NCBI GenBank assembly: GCA_973895155.1
Contig: OZ316895.1
Location: 7,862,184 to 7,926,183 of the forward strand
DNA from: Marsupella aquatica
Taxonomy: Eukaryota > Plantae > Marchantiophyta
Length of the DNA: 64,000 nt
Direction: 5' to 3'
Part shown: one piece after another, positions 38,060 to 48,481 of the stretch
Numbering within the stretch: position 1 is the first letter of the stretch
Layout: each line of letters opens with the position of its first letter
Notes under the pieces: generated by a model
The model's database searches: none
What the model was told of the DNA's origin: nothing
What the model saw: the letters and a program-made list of their open reading frames with translations, nothing else
Translations under genes and position numbers: made by a program

Positions 38060-41000
38060 TGTTAGGAATTGACTCTAGTTCCTGACATAGTTAGCTTGGC
38101 CTTACTAGGGTTAGTTTAACCCTAGATTACATTAGGATAAGATCCGCTTAGTTTAGGCCCACTCATCTTGGCCCCCTTGGGGGGTATAGGCTGGAGGGAG
38201 AGCACTCTCTCCCTCATTCTTCACATGTACTCTCATTTGCTATGGAGCCTTCAGGAGTTTCTCCACTCGGGGTGTCTCGTCGGTGTAGCGTCTGATTGAG
38301 TGTCTCTCATGTTTCTGCATTGCTGTCTAGTCCGGAGCCGACGGTTTCTTACAAGTGGTATCAGAGCCTCGCGTTCGTGGTTCGGTGGCCTGGGCAGTGG
38401 TGAGAGCGTTTCATTGTGTTGGATCGTGGTGGAAGATTGAATTGTCGTCGATGATTGCGTGATTGTTTCACTGGTCATTTCGCGTTGAAGGTTTCGTGCT
38501 TGAATACGGTGACGGTTTCCCGATTGAAACTTCAGCTTGGAGTGTCGGATGTGTCTCTGTTGTTTGAAGTACTGTCAAGAGGACAGTCTAGCGATCTCTT
38601 ATGCGCGTTGGCGGGCACTACGTTTTGGTGAAGGTTTCAGTGCTTTTCATCATTGGTGTGCCGAGTAATCTTGTATATTGAGGTTGCTGTTTAGAGCTTT
38701 ATGCTCTTGGTTATGGCTTATGTAAGGTTCGTCTCTCTCTCGTGTGGGGCTGAAGGAGTCTCTTTCTCTTCGTGAAAAGTCGTGAATTGTGGGGCCAATG
38801 TTGCATTATTTTTGCAAATTTTAGTTCATCCTTAAGTCGCCGTATCGCAACATTATATGGCGCTGCGGACAGGCTTGAGTCCAGCCGGTGTATTATCTTC
38901 GGGCACGAGGCCCTATGTTCCCCGTTGGCATTGAGGGAGAGCCTGAGGTCTAAGAAGGTACATCTGTACCTGCAGGTACAGTACTTGAAAGTACTGTATT
39001 GAGTGGGGAGGGGGAGTTCGTAGCTCCCTCCTCTCAAGAGCTCTTGAAGAGGGCACGAGGCCCTGTGCAGGTACGACTGTACTTGCTGGTACAATTTTAT
39101 TTTCTTTTAAGTGTGGGGAAGGGAAATTCGTATCTCCCTTCTCTCAGGAGCTTTAATGGGGCCCATTGCCCTATGCTGAAAGAGCGAAGGGGAGGGGAGA
39201 GAGTCTCCTCCTTTGAGGAGCACTTAATAAATGGGGGCTCAAAGCCCTATGGAGGTGTGCAGGAGCCAGGAGGTGCATTAAGCTCCCTTTTTTCAGGAGC
39301 TAGGAGGGGAGTTAATGGTCCCTCTTTCCAGGAGCTTTGAAGGAGGGCTCGAAGCCCTATGATCAAGCCAGGAGGGCTCGAGTGAATTTTGAGGGGTACA
39401 AGGGGGGCATTAACGGCCCCTATACCTGGTGCACAGCAGGACGGAGGGCTAGAGTGGAGGTCGACGCGCGACCCTATGCGCGGGAGGGCAAGGCACGGAA
39501 AAGTTTTTTTTAAAGAATTTTTTGAGGTCGGTAGGGACGAACGCTCGTCCCTAGTCTTCATTTTTTTTTCTTTGTTCTTTTCTTTTTCTCTCCGCGATTA
39601 CTCTTACTTCCCAGGTGGACAGGTGTTGGCTCCACATTTCTTCTGCTATAAAATTTGACTGTACTTTGATTCCCTCCAAAAGATACTTTTCCAGAGAGCT
39701 GAATTTTGGCCGAAATTTCCGAATTCAGCGGTTGTCGAGGCAGAATTTTTTCGCACTGCTTTGCAAGGGGATACTCAATGGAGTTGAGCACGGGCCTGTG
39801 AAATCGATTTACATTTAACTATTGCGAAATTTTTTCGGGACCTAAGATACCCGACGGGGGTCAAAATGGCCATTTTGACCCCCCTCCGGTCCGGGTTGAA
39901 TAAGTTTTCGCTGGAGAAGTTTTTTGCCAAATCATTTTCAGATCTTGGTAGTGTACCTTGCAGGCTACGCGGCAGTGCATTCCATTTCCACTTTCACCAA
40001 CTTTCATTTTTTGGTGACTTTTTGGGTGGAGGTATTTCGGTTGTGTTTCCTGTGTGTTTGTGGCAGCATCAATGACTTCAAGAAAGCTTGCGGCGCCGAA
40101 GTTTGAGGTGGAGAAGTTTGACGGGAAGGTCAGCTTCAGCCTCTGGACTCGGAAGGTGACCAATGTGTTGATCCAGCAGGGTCTTGAGAAGACCCTCACT
40201 GGAGTGAAACCCTCGAATCTAACAGATGAGGAGTGGCAGGACATGTCGGTGCAGGCGTGTAGCACAATTGAGTTGTTCTTGGCAAACAACATTCTCAAGA
40301 ACGTGTTGGGGATGGATCGGAATGCCAAGAAAATCTGGGATATGCTTACTCAGCTATACCAGAGTACTTCGTTGACTACTCGCATTTATCACTTGGAGCG
40401 GTTGTTCAGGTTGAAGTTGAAGGATGGTGGCAACATGCGTGATCACCTCAGTCTCTTTGATGAGATTGTGCACGAGGTGGCCACGGCGGGAGACAAGTTG
40501 ACTGATGAGTATCTTGCGATGCATTTGTTGATGTCACTTCCTCAGAGCTATTCGACGTTGGTGACAGTCATCACACATGACAAGTCTACGTTGAAGCTGG
40601 ATGAGGTAAAGGCTACCATTCTTGCAGAATGGGGCAAGCGACAACTTTCTGGCCGTGACAATGAGTCTGCTGCCTTAGTGGTTAGAGGCAGATCGACGGA
40701 GCGTACTACGGATCAGTCTAGATCTAAATCACATAGTAGATCTAAATCTAAGTCCCGTAGTAAGAAAGTGCAGTGTTGGCATTGCCATGAGAAGGGCCAC
40801 ACCAAGTGGAATTGTCCTTCTCTGTCGAAGCAGAAGCGTCCTGCTTCCAATGGTGCATCCTCATCGTCGGCCGGTATTGTGATTGCTGATAATGAGGATG
40901 CTGCTGAAGTGCTATGTATTGGTGCTGTGAATTCTGTGTATGACAATAAATGGATGTTGGATTCGGGTTCCTCTTATCACGTGTGTCCAACACAATCGTA

Positions 41001-44000
41001 TTTCTCCACTTACCAACCTTGTACCGGTACTGTGGAAATCGGAAATGGAGTCCGATGTGCGATTTTTGGCATGGGGACTATTAAATTCCGGATGTTTGAT
41101 GGTGTTGTGCGAGCACTGACGGGAGTCAGACACATACCAGACATCTCTAAGAATTTGATTTCTCTTGGTGCTTTGGAAGCTGGTGGATCTCATTTCACTG
41201 CACGTGATGGTGCGCTCTTTGTCGTCAAAGATGATGTATCTTTGATTAAGGCGCTACGGCAGAATAATTTGTACATCTTGTAAGGAGATGTCATTGCTCC
41301 TAGAGTGGAGCATGTGGATTCTGTGGTGGAACGTTCGGATGCAGCGGCAACATCTGCTGTAGAGTCATCTACGGCTGCTTCAATTGAAGCACCCTCAACA
41401 TCTGGTCGCACACAAGCCATAGATTTGTGGCATGCACGGTTGGGGCACTTGAGTGGTAAAGGATTGGCAGCCTTGGCAAACAGAGATTTGTTGCAAGGCG
41501 CTCAATCTGGTAAACTCTCTTTTTGTGAAGATTGCATCTTCGGCAAGCAGAGGAGAGTGAGTTTCAGTTCTAGTTCATACCATTCTCATGAAATTCTTGA
41601 GTATGTACATTCGGATGTTTGGGGTCCAGCGCCGGAGCCGTCGTTGGGTGGAGCCAAATATTTTGTGACGTTTGTAGATGATTACTCTCGAATGTGTTGG
41701 TTGTACTACATGAAGGAGAAGTCTCATGTCTTTGAGATTTTCAAGGAATGGAAAGCCATGGTAGAACTACAAACTGGGAAGGAGTTGAAGTGTGTTCGGT
41801 CCGATAACGGTGGCGAGTATAAGTCCAATGAGTTTGATCAATTTGGTTGGGACCTTGGCCTCAAGCGTCATTACACTGTACCGGAAACCCCGCAGCAGAA
41901 TGGAGTTGCAGAACGGTTGAATCGGACATTACTGGAGAAAGCACGCAGCATGCTATGTAAGTCCAAGTTGCCCAACAACTTTTGGGCTGAAGCTGTCAAC
42001 CAAGCTGCATACGTCTACAATCTTTCACCGCATAGTAGTAAGTTGATGCAGACTCCATTTGAGTTGTGGTATAAGAGACCTGCTGATTACTCTAGACTCC
42101 GAGTTTTTGGTTGTGCTGCCTATGTTCACATTGAGCAGACACACAGGTCTAAGTTGGATCCCAAGTCTAAGAAATGTATTTTTCTAGGCTTTAGTCCTGG
42201 GCAGAAGGGCTATAAATTGTGGGATCCTGTCGATTGCAAGGCAGTTGTGAGCAGAAATGTTGTTTTTGACGAAGAATGGTTGTCAAGACCCCGGGATATT
42301 CAGGAGGAACAGGTGGAGGAACCCACTACGGTGGAGCTTGGTGGCGATGAGGAAGCTGCTGGTCCCTCTGGTAGAGGTGCAATTCCTCAACCAAGGCGCT
42401 CCACCAGGGCCAATTTTGGCCAACCCCCTGATAGATTTGGTTTTGCAGATCCTCGTGTTCACGTTGTTGAGCATGACGATGATCCCGGTGTTATTTTGCT
42501 TACTGAAGATGGAGACCCCTCTAGCTATGAAGAAGCTATGGCCTCTCCAGAGAAGGATAAGTGGATGGAGGCGATGTTGAAGGAGATGAATTCTTTGAAG
42601 AAGAATTCAACTTGGCACTTAACTGACATGCCTCACGGGAAAACACTGGTTCCGTGTAGATGGTTGTACAAGAAGAAGCAGGATGGCACTTACAAGGCTC
42701 GCCTTGTGGCCAAAGGGTACACCCAGAAAGAGGGCTTGGACTACACGGAAATTTTCTCACCAGTTGTCAAACTCACTACTATCCGTGTTTTACTTACGAT
42801 TGTGGCATTCTATGATCTTGAGTTAGATCAGATGGATGTAATTACTGCTTTCCTGCATGGATTGCTTGATGTGGAGATTTATATGACTCAGCCTCCAGGT
42901 TTTATTGATGAGAAGACCAGACACTTGGTGTGTAAGCTCTTGCGCTCGTTATACGGATTGAAGCAGAGTCCCAGACAGTGGAATAAGCGTTTTGATTCCT
43001 TCATGTTATCTCAGGGGTTCACACGAAGTGAACATGATTGTTGTATTTACATGAAGGAGGTGGAGAATTACTCACGCTTTGGTTACATTGTGCTGGCATT
43101 GTACGTGGATGACATGTTGATCCTGGCTGAGAATAAGTCTGATGTTGCCCATTTGAAAGCAATGCTGAGTAAGGAGTTTTCAATGAAGGACTTGGGTCAG
43201 GCCAAGAAGATACTAGGGATGGAGATTCATCGTGACAGGGAGCAAAGGCAATTATGGTTGTCTCAGAGGCAGTATTTGGAGAAGGTACTTGCCAAGTATG
43301 GAATGGAGAATGCAAAACCAGTTGGTACTCCATTGGCCTCCCACTTTAAACTCTCAAAGAATGATTGCCCTTCTAGTGAGAGTGATAGACTGGCGATGAA
43401 ACATGTTCCCTATGATAGTGTTGTGGGTAGTTTGATGTATGCAATGACATGCACTAGACCTGACATTGCCCACGCTGTTAGCATTTTGAGCAGATTTATG
43501 GCAAATCCTGGTAAGCTTCACTGGGAAGCAGTGAAGTGGGTTTTGCGGTATTTGAAAGGTACCTTAGATTGTGGGATCTTATTTGACGGTAAAGCAGACT
43601 CTACATTAGAGTTGGAAGGTTTTGTAGATTCAGATTATGCTGGTAACTTGGATAACAGAAAGTCTACTACAGGCTATGTGTTTATGCTGGGTGGAGGTTG
43701 TATCAGCTGGAAGTCGGCAACTCAATCTTGTGTTGCGTTGTCTACTACTGAGGCTGAGTACATGGCTGCATGTGAGGCAACCAAGGAGTTGATCTGGCTA
43801 CGGAGATTGGTGAGTGATCTGGGTCTTTCACCTGAAAGACCGGTGCTGCTGTGCGACAGTCAAAGTGCTTTGCATCTGGCTAAGAACCCTGTGTTCCATG
43901 CCAGGACAAAGCACATTGATATTCGTTATCACTTCATCCGTGAGGTGATTGAGACAAAGCAGATGTTTCTGGAGAAGGTGGCTTCAGAGGAGAATGCGGC

Positions 44001-44450
44001 AGACATGCTTACCAAAGTTTTACCTACCAGTAGCTTTAGTCATTGTGTGGATATTATTAATGTTAGGGCCAAACCAGTGACTATGTAAATATGTTACTTA
44101 GTTACATATTGTATATCACCTGACTCATTGTGTGAACTTGAGTCAAGGTGGAGATTGTTAGGAATTGACTCTAGTTCCTGACATAGTTAGCTTGGCCTTA
44201 CTAGGGTTAGTTTTAACCCTAGATTACATTAGGATAAGATCCGCTTAGTTTAGGCCCACTCATCTTGGCCCCCTTGGGGGGTATAGGCTGGAGGGAGAGC
44301 ACTCTCTCCCTCATTCTTCACATGTACTCTCATTTGCTATGGAGCCTTCAGGAGTTTCTCCACTCGGGGTGTCTCGTCGGTGTAGCGTCTGATTGAGTGT
44401 CTCTCATGTTTCCGCATTGCTGTCTAGTCCGAAGCCGACGGTTTCTTACA
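38060..44450 (+). mobile_element. Ty1/copia LTR retrotransposon C (distinct family), young, nested in the gag of B
   Basis: LTRs at 38060-38353 and 44156-44450 differ by 2 substitutions and 1 single-base indel; TSD TAAAG (38055-38059, 44451-44455); PBS at 38356-38367; PPT AAGGTGGAGA. Confidence 0.98.
40072..44088 (+). pseudogene. gag-pol polyprotein of element C, intact except one in-frame TAA at 41281-41283
   Basis: Track ORFs 40054-41283 and 41305-44088 share a frame. Motifs CWHCHEKGHTKWNC, WMLDSGSSYH, WHARLGH, VHSDVWGP, RSDNGGEY, LYVDDML, STTEAEY and HARTKHIDIRYHF. Confidence 0.95.
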
Positions 44451-44455
44451 TAAAG

Positions 44456-47400
44456 GTCCCTACTGCCTCTGCTAACGCAGCATCAAGCTCGCATGAGGTA
44501 GATTTACTCGATGATGATGACATATTGTGATGTCAAGGTTATGCTCTCAACATAGTGTCAAATCCAGGTAGTGATGACTGGATTCTAGATAGTGCATGTA
44601 CCGTTCACATTTGCTCTAGAAGAGATTGTTTTAGTTCTTACACGGTTTCCAACGGGTTAGTGTTGATGGAAAATGGAATCCCATGTCAAGTTGTTAGACT
44701 TGGATCTGTAAGATTTTAGATGTTTGATGGTGCTGTGAGAACATTGAGGAATGTGAGAGATATTCCCAGCATGATGAAAAATCTCATTTCACTTGGAGTT
44801 TTAGAGGCAAATGGCCATCAGTGGAGTTTTGCTAATGGTGTCCTTCAGGTTTTAACTGGTACTAAAGTTGTATTGAAGGGAAAGAGACATTGCAATCTAT
44901 ACGTTTTGGAGGGCAGTGTAGTCTGTGATGAAGCCAATGTAACCTTATCTCATGAGGAGACGGCCCGGCTGTGGCACTTCCGTTTGGGCCACATGAGTGA
45001 AAAAGGTTTGGTTATTCTTCAGAAGAAAGGATTACTTTCTAATTTGCAATCTTGTAAGTTGGAATTTTGTGAGCACTGTGTGCTAGGGAAACAACATAGG
45101 AAACCCTTTGGAGTTGGAACTCACACCAGCAAGGAGGTACTTGAGTATGTACATAGTGATGTGTGGGGTCCAGCCCCTACTCCCTCACATTCTGGACGGT
45201 TATACTATGTCACGTTCATAGACGATTACTCAAGGTATGTGTGGATATACCTTCTACACAATAAGTCTGATGTTTTTGCCACTTTTAAGGAGTGGAAAGC
45301 CCAAGTTGAAAATCAGACTGGTAATAAGGTGAGATATCTTCGATCGGATAACGGCGGTGAATACAGTTTCGGGGAATTTAGAACGTATTATAAGGAGCAG
45401 GGGATTACCCGCCATCTCACAACAAGTTATACTCCTCAGCAGAATGGTGTTTTTGAGAGACTCAACCGAACACTATTGGACCGCTCGAGAAGTATGTTGA
45501 GTCAATCATGCTTACCACATGAGTTTTGGGCTCAAGCTGTCAACACTGCAACTTATTTGGTAAATTTTTCTCCATCCAGTTCTATTGGATTCAAGACGCC
45601 ATTTGAAATGAGGTACGGGCGTCCAACAGATTACTCACATCTGAGGATTTTTGGATGTGATGTTTATGTGCTTACACCTTCCCAGCTTTGATCCAAGCTG
45701 GAGTCCAAGTCGAAGAAGTGCATTTTCCTTGGCTATCAGAAAGGTGTGAAGGATTATAGGTTATGGGATCCAGACTTAACCTCTAAACTAATTGTCAGTA
45801 GAGATGTGTCCTTTAATGAATCCAGATTATCAAAGGAGGGGGAGAGTTCTCAGGACTCCCATACTGACAAGGGGAAATCTCCCATCCCGGACCGGGTTGA
45901 GGGGGAGATTAGTCATGATGCAGTTCATGACAGGAGAGATGGAGAAGCTCCGGGCTTGGAGCTGGTTCCTGTGATGGAACAAGAGGAGAAAATTGTTGCT
46001 AGGATACCTCAAATTCAACCAGCAGCAGCAACAGATCAGCCTGAGTCATCTACTAGAAGAACTTCCAGTCGTTCTACTAGAGCTCCTACTAGGTATGGTC
46101 AATGGGCAGACTCATCTAAGCTAGATGATATTGACATTGCACCTGATGAAGATGATATGGCTTTGATCTTGGAAGAAGGAGAGCCTTCTTCGTATAGTGA
46201 GGCTTGTGCTTCAGAGCAGAAGCATGAGTGGAATGCAGCAATGCAGAGGGAGTTGCAATCTTTGAGTGACAACAAGACATGGGAGCTGGTGGAGCTTCAA
46301 AGAGGTCAGCAAGTGGTGGACAGCAAGTGGATTTACAAGTTGAAGGATAGTTCTTCAGAGGGTGGAGACAAGATCTACAAGGCAAGGCTTGTTGCCAAGG
46401 GATTCACTCAGGAGAAAGGAGTGGATTACAATGAGGTCTTTTCACTGGTGGCTAAGTATTCCACAATTCGGATCTTGTGTCAGCTTGTTGTGTTTTTTAA
46501 TCTGGTGATGGATCAGATGGATGTTGTTACTGCTTTTCTCTATAACAACTTAGAAGAGTTGATCTTCATGAGACAGCCACTAGGCTTTATGAAGAAGGGC
46601 CAATAGAACTTAGTTTGCAGATTGCTCAAGTCCTTGTATGGATTGAAGCAATCTCCCAGACAGTGGAACAAGCGGTTTGATGATTTCATGTTTGCTCAAG
46701 GTTTTACAAGGATGGTGTATGATCCTTGTGTGTATACGAAATCAGTCAAGAATGATGTGTTTGGTTTCATCATTCTGGTGATCTATGTGGATGACATGCT
46801 GATTGTGGCTAAAGATCAATCTGAGGTTGACAGTCTCAAGGCGAAATTGAGTGCTGAATTCAGGATGAAGGATCTTGGTAAGGCCAAGAGGATCTTAGGG
46901 ATGGAGATTTTTAGGAACTCTGATACTGGACAATTGTGCTTGAGTCAAGGCCAGTATGCGAGGAAGGTACTTGCACGATTCAACATGGAGAACTGTAAGC
47001 CAGTGAGTATTCCTTTAGCTTCACATTTCAAGTTATCATCGGCTTTCTCTCCTACGGATGCTGTGGAGAAAGGTCTGATGGCTAAGATTCCTTATGAGAA
47101 GGCAGTAAGCAGTCTGATGTATTTGATGACTTGTACTAGGCCTGACTTGGCCCTAGCGATGGGCAAGGTCAGCAGATTCATGTCAAATCCAGGGAAGGTA
47201 CACTGGGAAGTTGTGAAATGGATTCTCAGGTATGTGAAGGGAACACAGGACTATGGATTACTATTTGATGTCAGATCAGATAGAACGTTAGTTGGCTATG
47301 TAGATTCTGACTATGGAGGCTGTCTGGATACAAGGAGGTCTACAACTGGGTTTGTATACACTCTTGGAGGAGGATGTATCAGTTGGAAATCTACCTTGCA

Positions 47401-47752
47401 GAAGTGCATTTCTCAGTCTACTACAGAAGCAGAGTATGTTGTAGCAGCGGAAGTAGCAAAGGAAGCAATTTGGTTGGATAAGTTGATTGCGGAGATGGGT
47501 TTAGAGCATGGCAAAATGACTCTAAACTGTGATAGTCAAAGTGCTCTTCACTTGGCTGCTAACCAGGTGATGGATAGCAGGGTGAAGCACATTGATATCA
47601 AGTACCATTTTATCAGGCAAGCAGTGTCTGATAAAACTTTTGAGCTAGTCAAGATTGATGGAAAGCTCAATCCCGCTGATGCCTTTACCAAAGTGATTCC
47701 TTTGGAGAGTTTCTCAAGACACCGTGCTACTTTGCAGGTTTTGCAGTTATAG
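44456..47752 (+). pseudogene. Gag C-terminus (ending at TGA 44528-44530) and pol of element B
   Basis: Resumes in frame after the TSD (...RDCRVK|VPTASANAA...DLLDDDDIL*), then WILDSAC, integrase, RT IYVDDML and RNase H; premature stops at 44717, 45689 and 46604. Confidence 0.93.
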
Positions 47753-47959
47753 TACAAGTAGAGTTATTTAGCAATGTGTGACTATTTGTATATGGATTAC
47801 TCATTCCTGTTTGGCTACGGTTTAGTTCTAGTTAACCCTTAGTTAACCCTTGTGGTTTTTAGGGGGAGACCTGGTTTGGTGATTGTCTAGAACTTCCCGC
47901 TGAGGATTCCATATGGTAGCATTTAGTCCAGTCCCCAAGACAAGAGTCAAAGGGGAGTT

Positions 47960-48303
47960 TGTTAGATATTGCTCTAGTCTTGTGATTCATGAGCTAACCA
48001 CAGTTAGTCTAACTCAGGTTAGGACTTAGCTAATGTTAGCGGTAGTGTTGTTGTGTATATAGCCAGGGCTGATGCCAGACCCTGGGGGAACTTAGGCTCA
48101 TTGTTACGGAGCTAGTTGAGAGATAGGAAGAGCTTGTGCTGTGGATGCTTGGTATGGCCGATCGGCCTAGAGTGCAGTAAAGCTCTTGTGTGTTCCCATG
48201 GACGTAGCCTCATGTGGAGGTGAACCACGTATCTCTCTGTGTCGACTATTGTGCGTTGGATGTTTCATGGGCTTGCCGTTACGAATGTCGTCTATGCTCA
48301 ACA
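47960..48303 (+). repeat. 3' LTR of element B
   Basis: TGTTAGATATTG...TGCTCAACA; ~17 substitutions versus the 5' LTR (counted by eye). Confidence 0.95.
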
Positions 48304-48304
48304 A

Positions 48305-48481
48305 GCAGGGTTCAGTAAGGGCCTCGTCTATGTGCAGATGGTGTTGAAGAGCTTGGGCATGATAGAAGGACATAGTTATAAGAAGCGTTAGCAGATGATC
48401 AAGGGAGTCGATGCGGATAGTAATGGGAAGGTGGACTTTCAGGAGTTCAAGGAGTTGATGTCGTCTGATGCTTTTCGTTAA
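48305..48481 (+). pseudogene. Calmodulin-like (CML) EF-hand protein, C-terminal fragment
   Basis: Translates as AGFSKGLVYVQMVLKSLGMIEGHSYKKR*QMIKGVDADSNGKVDFQEFKELMSSDAFR*. Canonical EF-hand loop DADSNGKVDFQE plus a CML-type LKSLG..EG linker; internal TAG at 48389. Confidence 0.8.

Larger units (their letters stand above)
35750..48303 (+). mobile_element. Ty1/copia LTR retrotransposon B, related to A, defective; hosts element C and MITE copy 2
   Basis: LTRs at 35750-36430 (344 bp once the MITE and one TSD are removed) and 47960-48303 (344 bp); PBS at 36433-36444; PPT AAAGGGGAG. No clean TSD: left flank GAAGA, right flank AGCAG. Confidence 0.95.

Noticed and set aside
41281-41283. Programmed readthrough stop in element C
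   Set aside because: It falls after the protease inside a conserved motif (LY.LEG in A and B) and is explained by a single C>T change.
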